Assembly: GCA_963806035.1 (NCBI GenBank)
Contig: CAWDWO010000028.1
Location: forward strand, 20,403-84,402
DNA: 64,000 bases
Direction of reading: 5' to 3'
Source: Candidatus Krumholzibacteriota bacterium
GTDB lineage: Bacteria; Krumholzibacteriota; Krumholzibacteriia; JAJRXK01
Made by a program: the position numbers and the translations under genes. How positions within the stretch are numbered: the stretch's first letter is position 1; every line of letters starts with the position of its first letter. The notes below the pieces were generated by a model that ran no database searches, was not told the origin of the DNA, and was given only the letters and a program-made list of their open reading frames with translations. Positions 37,961-46,326 of this stretch are shown here, piece after piece.

Positions 37961-39118
37961 TCAGTACATCTCGTAACAGGCGAGCCGGCCGTCGAGTTGG
38001 CCGTTCTTGAGGGCGCGCTTCCAGTTGGGGCGCAGCCCCACGCTCTTGAGCAAATTCTTCTCGCCCACATAGATCAATGCTCGCGAGCCCTGACAGTTCC
38101 TCTTGAGATAGTCACCGAATTCGCCCAGCAGCTGCTCGGGCTCCTTCTCTCCCTTGAGCCGCCGGCCGTAGGGAGGATTACAGACGAGTATCTGGTTTTT
38201 TCGTTCCTTCAATTCGTGAAAATCTCCCTGCCTGAAGATGATCTTGTCACCCTGAGGAAGCAGACGGCTATTTTCTTTGGCGACTTCGAGATTCTGCGCG
38301 GAGAGATCGTTGCCCAGCAGAAGTCCCCGGGAAAGTTCACGGATGCCCGCTTTTGCCTCCTCTTGTACTCGCTCGAAGAGTTTGGGCTGGTAGTCGGGAA
38401 GATTTTCCAGGCCGAATCGCTCGCGCAGGTAGCCCGCGGGAATGCGGCACACCTTCATGAGGGCCTCGCTGAGCAGGGTCCCCGAGCCGCACATGGGGTC
38501 CAGGAGTGGGCGGTCCCCCTCCCATCCGCTCAGCTCGATGATGGCGGCGGCGAGGGTCTCCATCATCGGCGCCTCGACCGAACGTTTCCGGTATCCCCTG
38601 CGGTGGAGGGATCCGCCCGAGCAATCCACGCTCAGGGTGGCGTGGTTGCGATGCAGATGGAGATGGAGCCAAAGGTCCGGGCTCTTGGGGTCGACCCGCG
38701 GCCGTCGTCCACTTTTGTCGCGCCAGTAATCCACCGCGGCATCCTTCACCACCCGGCTGGCGTACTGACTGTGATTGATGCGGCTCTGACTCAGGTTCGC
38801 GGTGACCGCGAAACTTGCGTCCAAAGGAAGTACTTCTTCCCAGTCCAGCTTTCGCAGCGTCTTGTAAAGGTAGCGCGCACTGTGACAATCGAAGTCGATG
38901 AGAGGCGCGAGAACTCTCGTGATGAAGCGGGCCCGATAGTTGATTTCGTAGAGGGCTCTCTCGTCCGCGTTGAAGTACGCCCCCCGATACGCGGCCTTGA
39001 CGTCTTGCGCTCCAAGCTCCTCCAGCTCCGCCCGCGCCAGATCCTGAAGTCCGTCCGCGAGTTGGGCGAAGAACCTGTGGCTCAACTGATAGGAGAACAC
39101 GGGGTGCGCGTGATTCAC
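37961..39118 (-). CDS. THUMP-domain class I SAM-dependent RNA methyltransferase (RlmL/YpsC-like)
   Basis: SGGSLHRRGYR, APMMETLAA, DPMCGSGT, NPPYG.RL motifs. Confidence 0.9.
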   Translation of the reverse strand: MNHAHPVFSYQLSHRFFAQLADGLQDLARAELEELGAQDVKAAYRGAYFNADERALYEINYRARFITRVLAPLIDFDCHSARYLYKTLRKLDWEEVLPLDASFAVTANLSQSRINHSQYASRVVKDAAVDYWRDKSGRRPRVDPKSPDLWLHLHLHRNHATLSVDCSGGSLHRRGYRKRSVEAPMMETLAAAIIELSGWEGDRPLLDPMCGSGTLLSEALMKVCRIPAGYLRERFGLENLPDYQPKLFERVQEEAKAGIRELSRGLLLGNDLSAQNLEVAKENSRLLPQGDKIIFRQGDFHELKERKNQILVCNPPYGRRLKGEKEPEQLLGEFGDYLKRNCQGSRALIYVGEKNLLKSVGLRPNWKRALKNGQLDGRLACYEMY

Positions 39119-39909
39119 GGAAGTGAGGGCAACATCAATTCCCCGCGAATGGTCTCCACCGCGTGGCCTCCGATGTGCACCCGGTTGCCGTGGATTTCTC
39201 CCACGACCTCACCGCCCCGCTCGGAGAGTTGGCGCGCGGTCAGGTGGTCCTTTCCCAGACGCTTTCCCCAGTAGGGGAGCAGGGTACAGAAGACCGAGCC
39301 GGTCACGGGATCCTCGGGAACTCCGACCTTGGGCGCGAAAAAGCGGCACACGAAATCGACTTCACTTCCGGGAGCGGTGGGACAGACCCCCATGACGTCC
39401 AGTTTCTTCAGCAATTCCATGTCGGGACGGAGGGCGCGCACATCCGCTTCGCTGTCCAGGACAGCGAGCAGATCTCGCGCTTCGCCACACCATTCGGGCC
39501 TCACCCCGAGCGCCTCGACCAGGCGTGGATCAACAGGAACTTCCTTCGGTGGCCGCGCCGGAAAGTCCAGCCAGTGACGACCATCGTGCCGTAGGACGCG
39601 CAGCTCGCCGCTGCGCGGACTCTTGAACACGATCTCTCGTCCCTGGGCTCGTCCGTCCAAGAAGAGCGCGAAGGCGGCCGCGAGCGTGGCGTGTCCGCAC
39701 AGGTCGATCTCCACCGAAGGCGTGAACCACCGCAGGCCCCAGACATCTCCCTGGGGGATGACGAAGGCGGTCTCCGAGAGGTTTTTCTCGCGCGCAATGG
39801 CCTGCAACACCTCGTCCGGCAACCACTCTTCCAAAATCACGACCGCAGCTGGGTTGCCCGCGAACGACTGGTCCGCGAAAGCGTTGACCTGATGAAAGGG
39901 GAATTTCAT
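39115..39909 (-). CDS. PhzF-family isomerase/epimerase
   Basis: GNPAAV, NLSETAF, LRWFTP..EIDLCGHATLA, RFFAP..GVPEDPVTGS. Confidence 0.92.
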   Translation of the reverse strand: MKFPFHQVNAFADQSFAGNPAAVVILEEWLPDEVLQAIAREKNLSETAFVIPQGDVWGLRWFTPSVEIDLCGHATLAAAFALFLDGRAQGREIVFKSPRSGELRVLRHDGRHWLDFPARPPKEVPVDPRLVEALGVRPEWCGEARDLLAVLDSEADVRALRPDMELLKKLDVMGVCPTAPGSEVDFVCRFFAPKVGVPEDPVTGSVFCTLLPYWGKRLGKDHLTARQLSERGGEVVGEIHGNRVHIGGHAVETIRGELMLPSLP

Positions 39910-39913
39910 GACA

Positions 39914-40150
39914 TCAATCCTGGCGCGCTTCGTCGCCCTGTTCGAAGGAGGCAAGGAGGGTCCGGGCCGCTTCCGCGAACTGTTCGGGAACGATGAGCCG
40001 CAATCCCTCTCCGAGATGCATCTGGGGATACATTCCCCCCACGTCGTCGATGATCAGGCGGCAGGGAATTCCGTTGGCGATCAGAAGACCCTTGGCGATT
40101 TCAGCCTCGGGCACTTCCGTGTAGCGCGCAACCTCGACATCGGACTTCAT
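39914..40150 (-). CDS. Small DUF2007-like (putative signal-transducing) protein
   Basis: EAEIAKGLL.ANGIPC...LRLIVPE....AR.LL pattern; GAGG RBS; in operon with phzF. Confidence 0.7.
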   Translation of the reverse strand: MKSDVEVARYTEVPEAEIAKGLLIANGIPCRLIIDDVGGMYPQMHLGEGLRLIVPEQFAEAARTLLASFEQGDEARQD

Positions 40151-40209
40151 GATGACACCTCGAGTTTCCGGAAGAGTCGATCGTGGGCCGTTTTGGGCCC
40201 ACGACGTGA

Positions 40210-40437
40210 TCAGTTGATTCTGTCTTGGATCAGGCCGATCACTTCGTCCTTCTCGGGAAACCGTTCGAGTTCATACTTGGAGAAGATCAGCTCGTCGTCG
40301 AGCTTCACGTCGAAAATTCCGTTACGTCCTTCGATCAATTCGGGTTTGATCTTGAATTTCTTCTGGATTCGCTGCGCCAAACTGGCGGCATGGGGTAAGT
40401 AGTTTCACTGCACGCAGTATTGGATGCTGATCTTCAT
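40210..40437 (-). CDS. Rdx family (SelW/SelT/SelH-like) selenoprotein, 75 aa, Sec at codon 11
   Basis: MKISIQYCVQ-U(TGA 40407-40405)-NYLPHAASLAQRIQKKFKIKPELIEGRNGIFDVKLDDELIFSKYELERFPEKDEVIGLIQDRIN: CxxU plus the Rdx motifs G.F.V, IFSK, RFP. GAGG RBS; SECIS-like hairpin downstream of the UGA. Missed by ORF track. Confidence 0.9.
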
Positions 40438-40638
40438 ATCGTCAACCTCGCGGAGAAAAGACAAAACCTACTCTCGCACGATACCCCGAGCGCCGTGCCC
40501 TCGCAAGCAGAGCGCGAGAGCACACTGGACGTAGGAGCCGAAAGGGTGGAAATTAGAGAAGGCGCGCTAAACTGCCGAAAGGCCACACGGAGAGGTATCA
40601 ATCCCTCCATCCCCAAGTCGATCGGATTTGTGAGAACC

Positions 40639-41526
40639 ATGCCAGAGCCAGAGCCACTTTCACCCGGCTCGACCCGGACGCAGAGCGAAGACTCCAGCGG
40701 AGGTGCCGCCGCCGGGGCCGCCTGGCGCACGGTCTACCCGGTGGGGCGCGAGTTCCTGCCCAGCTGGAGCGTGGTCGATGGGCGCTACCGCTGCCGTTTC
40801 GCCACGAACTCCGAGGAGCTCGCGCGCGTTCTACGTTTGCGCTACGAGGTGTTCAACCTCGAACTGGGTGAGGGCCTGGACGAGAGCCACGCAACTGGGC
40901 TCGATCGCGATCGCTTCGACGATCACTGTCACCACATGATTGTCGAAGATCTCGACATGGACTCCACCGTCGGGACCTACCGGCTCCAGGTCGCGCAGAT
41001 GGCAAGCGTGGGACACGGATTCTACACCGCGCAGGAGTACGACATGCGCTCGTGGCCGGCGGAGATTCTGGAGCAGGCAGTGGAGACGGGGCGCGCGTGC
41101 ATTCACAAGGATCATCGCAAGAGCAAGGTCCTGCAGCTCTTGTGGAAAGGACTGGCCGCCTACGCTCTCCACAACCGCCGGCGCTATTTCTTCGGCTGCT
41201 GTTCCTTGACCAGTCAGGATCCGGCCGAGGGCGCGCGCATGATGGAATACCTGCGGCAGAACGGCCATTTGCACCCCTCGATCCGCACCCAAGCCCATCC
41301 CGCGTACGCCTGTCACGAGGAGAGCGAATCGATCGAGGGCTGGGAGGAGTCGCGCGTTCCGCCGCTCTTCCGTACCTATCTGAGATACGGGGCTCGCATC
41401 TGTAGCCAGCCCGCATTGGATCGGCATTTCAAGACGATCGATTTCTTGGCCCTGATCGACCTGACCCAAGTGGATCTGGTGAAGGTCCTGCGACTCACAG
41501 AGATCGACCTAGACACACGTGTATGA
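40639..41526 (+). CDS. OlsB-like GNAT N-acyl amino acid synthase (ornithine/amino-lipid N-acyltransferase family)
   Basis: LRLRYEVFNLELGEGL, DRDRFDDHCHH, VGTYRL, ETGRACIH.DHR, LLWKGLAAY, FGCCS, PPLFRTYLRYGA, D..FKT.DF motifs. Confidence 0.85.
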   Translation: MPEPEPLSPGSTRTQSEDSSGGAAAGAAWRTVYPVGREFLPSWSVVDGRYRCRFATNSEELARVLRLRYEVFNLELGEGLDESHATGLDRDRFDDHCHHMIVEDLDMDSTVGTYRLQVAQMASVGHGFYTAQEYDMRSWPAEILEQAVETGRACIHKDHRKSKVLQLLWKGLAAYALHNRRRYFFGCCSLTSQDPAEGARMMEYLRQNGHLHPSIRTQAHPAYACHEESESIEGWEESRVPPLFRTYLRYGARICSQPALDRHFKTIDFLALIDLTQVDLVKVLRLTEIDLDTRV

Positions 41527-42293
41527 AACACCTGCGTGCGATTTTGCGTCTCCTCGGGCTCGCGACGTGGACTCTGGGCCTCTTGCTCATCTTGTTTCCC
41601 TCACGCTTCATCCTCATGGCGTGGGAAGGGGCCGCCCTCAAGCTGAAAATCCTCAGCTTTCGAGCCTGGGCCCGCGGTACCGCCCTGATCTGCGGCATGC
41701 GGATCAGCCGGGAGGGCGCCGCTCCCGCAGCCCCCTTCGTGCTGGTGAGCAATCATCTCAGCTACATGGACATCGTGCTCTTGTCCACGCAACTCGATGC
41801 CCTTTTCGTCTCGAAGGCGGAAGTGGCCCACTGGCCGGTCATCGGCTTTCTTGCCCGCCAGGTGAACACGATCTTCGTGGATCGCACGAACCACAGCGAC
41901 ATCCCACAAGTTCTCGAACTCATCGAGGACGCCCTCCATGCGGGCGCGGGGGTGGTGTTCTTTCCCGAAGGAACGAGTAGCGACGGTTCGGACGTCTTAC
42001 AATTCAAGTCCTCGCTCTTCGACGTACCGCTGCGCTTGGGATATCCCGTCCATGCCGCCGCAGTCCGCTACGAAGCGCACGAGGGCTGGCCGCCCGCCTC
42101 GCAGTCCATTTGCTGGTGGGGCGACATGACCTTCGCGGATCATCTCTACCGTCTCTTGCAAATGCCCGGCTTTCACGCGCACGTGGTGTTCGGCGAGGGA
42201 GTGGAGAACCGCGAGAGCCGACGCGAATTCGCCAACGCGCTCCATCTCGCAGTGAAGAAGGGCTTCGCCCCGGCGCAGAGGGTGGGGGGATGA
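41523..42293 (+). CDS. PlsC/OlsA-like lysolipid O-acyltransferase
   Basis: NHLSYMD (HX4D), FVSKAEV..WP, TIFVDR, FFPEGTSSDG, WWGDM; ATGA-coupled to both neighbours. Confidence 0.88.
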   Translation: MKHLRAILRLLGLATWTLGLLLILFPSRFILMAWEGAALKLKILSFRAWARGTALICGMRISREGAAPAAPFVLVSNHLSYMDIVLLSTQLDALFVSKAEVAHWPVIGFLARQVNTIFVDRTNHSDIPQVLELIEDALHAGAGVVFFPEGTSSDGSDVLQFKSSLFDVPLRLGYPVHAAAVRYEAHEGWPPASQSICWWGDMTFADHLYRLLQMPGFHAHVVFGEGVENRESRREFANALHLAVKKGFAPAQRVGG

Positions 42294-44914
42294 CTTCCCT
42301 TCCGCGAGGCCACACGAAGCGCTGGCTTCTGCTGCTCTACCTCGTTCTTCTGCTTGCTTCCCATGGCTACCGGCGTATCCATCACCCGGCGCCCGCGATC
42401 CCTCCCGATTGCTCGCAGTTCATGGCGAAAGCAGTCCGCGACACGACTCGCGATCCGCGACAGAGAGTTCGCCTGGTCTACAAGGACAGCGGTCCTCTTG
42501 AGGAAGACGGCGACACCATCCCCGTGCTGCTGCTCCACGGTTCGCCGGGAAATCTGCGCGACTTCCGCGAGTTGGAATCGCGCCTGGCGGTGGACCGCCG
42601 CGTGATCGCGCCCAGTCTGCCCGGTTTCGGCCTCTCCCAGCGCGAGGTCCCCGACTATTCCACTCTGGCCCATGCCGATTACTGTCTGCAACTTCTCGAC
42701 GCCTTGGGAATCGAGCGCGTCCACCTGGTCGCGTTTTCCATGGGAGGAGGAGTCGCGCTGGATTTCTACGAGCGCGCACCGGCTCGCGTAGCTTCGCTTG
42801 CCATGGTGAGTTCCATCGGCGCTCAGGAACTCGAGCTCTTGGGAAATTACGAACTCAACCACATCATCCACGGAATTCAACTCGCGTTTCTCTGGGTACT
42901 GGAGGAACTGACCCCGCACTTCGGCCTGTTCGATCACGATGTCTTGAGCGTGGCATATGCGAGAAACTTCTTCGATACCGACCAGCGCCCCTTCCGCAAG
43001 ATTCTGAAGAGCTTCCAACCGCCGATGCTCATTCTGCATGCTCGTAACGACTCCCTGGTGCCCTTCGCCGCCGCCCGTGAGCACCACCGGCTGGTTCCCC
43101 AGAGCGAGTTGCGGGCCTTCGACTCGGGGAACCATTTCATTCTCTGGACCAAGGACGAGCAAGTCGCGGCCGACCTGAAGGACTTCTTCGCCAAAGTCGA
43201 AAACGGCACGGCGCCCACCCGCAATGAGGCCTCACCAGCGAAAATCGCAGCCGCAAACGAGTCCTTCTCCACGATCAAGGTGCAAGCGGCCGAGGGACTG
43301 TCGCTCTTCATCCTCCTCTTGCTCATCGTCATCGGGACCTTCATCACCGAGGACATTACTTGCATCACTACCGGGCTGTTGATCGCGCACGGACGCTTGC
43401 CCCTGTTGGCGGGTTTCTCTGCCTGCTTTCTGGGAATTTATCTGGGAGATCAACTGCTCTATCTCGCCGGCAGAGCTATGGGGCGCTCCGCGGTGCATCG
43501 CGCTCCTTGGAAGTGGATCGTCAGCGAGGAGGACTTGCGCCTGGCCGCGAGCTGGTTCGAGCGCCGGGGCATGATGGTGATCCTGCTCAGCCGCTTCATC
43601 CCCGGCACGAGGCTTCCCACCTATCTTTTGGCCGGAGCGGTGCGCGCGCGTTACTGGATTTTCGCCCTGTACTTCTTCGTCGCGGTCGCCCTGTGGACGC
43701 CGCTCCTGCTCGGACTCACGCTGATCATCGGCGAACGCGCGGCTCCTCTGTGGGCCCAATTCGAACACAATGCCTTCTGGGTGCTGGTGCTCACGTTGCT
43801 CACCGTGATGCTGTTCTTGCGGGGCGTCGTTCCCGCCTTCACCCACCGCGGCCGCAGACTTCTCGTGGGGCGCTGGCGGCGCATCACCAAGTCGGAATTT
43901 TGGCCCCAGTGGGCGATCTATTTCCCGGTGGTTCTGCGAATCCTCTCACTCTCGCTGCGCCGCGGGGGATTTGCCCGCGTCACCGCGGTGAATCCAGCGA
44001 TTCAATTGGGAGGCCTGGTAGGTGAGAGCAAGTGGGAGATCCTGCAGGGCCTGTCCCGGAGCGGCGAGTTCGTGGCAAAAACTCTCTTTCTCCCCAAGTC
44101 GCTGAGCGCTCCGCAAGCTCTGTCGCGGGCGCGCGAGTTCATGGCACGACAGCAGCTTGAATTTCCTCTCGTGCTCAAACCGGATCGCGGGGAGCGCAGC
44201 CGGCACGTCTTCATCGTGCACTCGGGAGAGGAATTCACCGCGTCCCGTGAAGAGCGGTGCAATGATTCGCACGCAGAGGATCTCGTGCTCCAGGAGTACG
44301 TCTCGGGGCCGGAGTACGGAGTTTTCTACCGCCGCTTCCCAAACCAAGAGCGCGGGGAAATTCTCTCCATCACCGAGAAGCGTTTTCCGAGCGTGGTGGG
44401 TGACGGAAAGCGCCGCCTGGAAGAGCTCATTCTCGACGACAAGAGAGCGGTGTGCATGGCGAAGTCCTACATGACCCATCTCGCCGATCGGCTCTTCGAG
44501 ATCATCCCCCGCGGCGAGTCGGTCCAGCTGGCTCAGCTCGGCAGCCACCGTCAGGGGGCAGTCTTCCTGGATGGACGCCACCTTCTGAGCCACGAACTGG
44601 CCGAACGCATCGATCTCATCGCGCGCGGCTACGATGGCTTCTACATGGGACGTTTCGACCTTCGCGCCGAAAGCGAGGAGGCGTTTCGTGAAGGTCGGGA
44701 TTTCAAGATTCTCGAACTCAACGGACTCACCGGAGAAGCAACTCATTTCTACGACGCGCGGTACTCGGCGTGGGAAGCATGGCGGGTGCTCGTCGGACAA
44801 TGGCGGGACGCCTTCGCCATCGCTGACCTCAACATCGCACGCGGCGCAAAGCCAGCCACCCACCTGGCAGTGATCCGCGAGGTCCTGCGCTTTCTCAAAA
44901 GGCGCGGCGGCTAG
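42290..44914 (+). CDS. Fusion protein: alpha/beta-hydrolase + DedA (VTT/SNARE-associated) membrane domain + ATP-grasp ligase-like domain
   Basis: N-terminal TM. Hydrolase: LLLHGSPG, PGFG, AFSMGG, ND.LVP, NHF. DedA: TFITED, GDQLLYLAGR, SRFIPGTRLPTY. ATP-grasp: FPLVLKPDRGER, VLQEYV, YGVFY, GRFDLR, KILELNG. Confidence 0.85.
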   Translation: MTSLPRGHTKRWLLLLYLVLLLASHGYRRIHHPAPAIPPDCSQFMAKAVRDTTRDPRQRVRLVYKDSGPLEEDGDTIPVLLLHGSPGNLRDFRELESRLAVDRRVIAPSLPGFGLSQREVPDYSTLAHADYCLQLLDALGIERVHLVAFSMGGGVALDFYERAPARVASLAMVSSIGAQELELLGNYELNHIIHGIQLAFLWVLEELTPHFGLFDHDVLSVAYARNFFDTDQRPFRKILKSFQPPMLILHARNDSLVPFAAAREHHRLVPQSELRAFDSGNHFILWTKDEQVAADLKDFFAKVENGTAPTRNEASPAKIAAANESFSTIKVQAAEGLSLFILLLLIVIGTFITEDITCITTGLLIAHGRLPLLAGFSACFLGIYLGDQLLYLAGRAMGRSAVHRAPWKWIVSEEDLRLAASWFERRGMMVILLSRFIPGTRLPTYLLAGAVRARYWIFALYFFVAVALWTPLLLGLTLIIGERAAPLWAQFEHNAFWVLVLTLLTVMLFLRGVVPAFTHRGRRLLVGRWRRITKSEFWPQWAIYFPVVLRILSLSLRRGGFARVTAVNPAIQLGGLVGESKWEILQGLSRSGEFVAKTLFLPKSLSAPQALSRAREFMARQQLEFPLVLKPDRGERSRHVFIVHSGEEFTASREERCNDSHAEDLVLQEYVSGPEYGVFYRRFPNQERGEILSITEKRFPSVVGDGKRRLEELILDDKRAVCMAKSYMTHLADRLFEIIPRGESVQLAQLGSHRQGAVFLDGRHLLSHELAERIDLIARGYDGFYMGRFDLRAESEEAFREGRDFKILELNGLTGEATHFYDARYSAWEAWRVLVGQWRDAFAIADLNIARGAKPATHLAVIREVLRFLKRRGG

Positions 44915-46176
44915 GGAACCCGGCTCAGGGGCCGTTCGAATCGAAGCAGGATGATCTCGTCGTCGTCCGGCGAACCATCTTTCTGGTGCCGCCCCACGCT
45001 CGAGGGGAAGTTGTTGTCGTTGCACACGGCCAGGGTGTGGTCATCGGTCTTGGCGAGCCCCTCGAGTGTAATGAAGGGCATGGCGAATGTGTCCGGCCCC
45101 TCCCGGTTCTTCGGCAATGCGGCTACTCTCATGGGATCAGGAATCCGCAACAGATCCGCGAGTTCTCTCGTGTCGAGGATGCCGTCTTCCTCGCGATCGA
45201 GATGCGCGAGATAGATCCTCTTGAAGCGCGCGGCGCTTCCTTCTTCGTTGTCCCGTTCGAGAACGGCCACCGTGGTCGAATCGATCGTCTCCACCGCTCC
45301 GATGTAGCGATCTTCTTTTCCGTGCAGCGGGTAGAGCCAGAAGCTCGGCTCGCCCACGAACTTCTCCCGGACGGGATCGAAACGGTACAGACGCAGAGTC
45401 CCCGCTGGATCTCCCGCGGCAGTTTTTTCGAGCAGGCCGTAGAGAAGCTTGCCATCTGACGAAGCACAAAGTCCCTCGAAGCCTCCGCTCGAAGGTTGAT
45501 TGGCGGCGCCTTCGTTCAGGAAGGGATTCTCGGGCGCGATTACGCCCGGCGTCGAAACCGGAGCAGAGAGAAGCTCGCCCTTTGCGTTCAGGTGCAAGAG
45601 AAAGGGGCCGAACTCGTCCCCCAACCAGAAGCTGCCGTCGGGTCGCGCCACCAGCCCCTCGGGGTCGAAATCGGCTCCGGTGAGCAGGCGTCGGGACTTG
45701 ATGCGCGCGTCGACGGAATCCGTGGTTCCGGGATAGAAGCTCCGGTCGGCCACCAAGTTGAAACCGGCGCGCCGGTGGGGATCGCTCAGCTCGATCACTT
45801 CTTCTACCGCGATGGTGCCGTTCGAAAAATCGGGGCGCAGGTGATAGAGGGCCAATACGTAGTCAGGCGAATTGTCGCGCGTGCCGAAGCCGTTGTCGCT
45901 CAGAGCCCAGAAGCCGCCCTTCTGACAGATCGCGAGATCCGAGAAACCCTGAATCGGCTGCTTGTCGATGAAGGGCGTCGAGACCCCGTTCTGCGAGGGG
46001 ATCTTGCGCGCACTCGTGGGACCCTCGCGAAAGGTGCTCGCCGGCAACACCGCGCGACCCGCCAGGCGATAGGGCGGGATCGCAGCGGAGCTGACCGCCT
46101 TACACTCCTGCGCGCCAAACCCGCAGATCGAGAGGGCCCAGACGGCCAAGAATAGTGCTATCTGTGCGCTTTGCAC
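44911..46176 (-). CDS. Secreted esterase-like/phytase-like beta-propeller protein
   Basis: Signal peptide; QGFS, LSDNGFG, FDPEGL, DEFGP.LL, GFEGL, ERD, EGL, NDNNFP motifs. Confidence 0.82.
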   Translation of the reverse strand: MQSAQIALFLAVWALSICGFGAQECKAVSSAAIPPYRLAGRAVLPASTFREGPTSARKIPSQNGVSTPFIDKQPIQGFSDLAICQKGGFWALSDNGFGTRDNSPDYVLALYHLRPDFSNGTIAVEEVIELSDPHRRAGFNLVADRSFYPGTTDSVDARIKSRRLLTGADFDPEGLVARPDGSFWLGDEFGPFLLHLNAKGELLSAPVSTPGVIAPENPFLNEGAANQPSSGGFEGLCASSDGKLLYGLLEKTAAGDPAGTLRLYRFDPVREKFVGEPSFWLYPLHGKEDRYIGAVETIDSTTVAVLERDNEEGSAARFKRIYLAHLDREEDGILDTRELADLLRIPDPMRVAALPKNREGPDTFAMPFITLEGLAKTDDHTLAVCNDNNFPSSVGRHQKDGSPDDDEIILLRFERPLSRVP

Positions 46177-46326
46177 TGTCGCCTCCGGCTCGGGACATGC
46201 CCAGCTTAGGGCAACTCAGTCTGAGCAACAAGATGCGCGCGGGACCAAGCTCTCCAGCCCATGATGTCTCGACTCCACAGCGCGAGCCTCCTACAATCCC
46301 TGCAGTCTTCAGTGAAAGGTCCAGCC

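Noticed and set aside
39115..39909. Phenazine biosynthesis cluster
   Set aside because: Lone PhzF-family gene with no other phz genes; such homologues are widespread.
40440..40638. Possible c-di-GMP-I riboswitch (CTAAACTGCCGAAAGGC) upstream of the olsB-like gene
   Set aside because: Only a GAAA-tetraloop hairpin matches; the following GGACGCAAAGC-like segment and second stem are absent.
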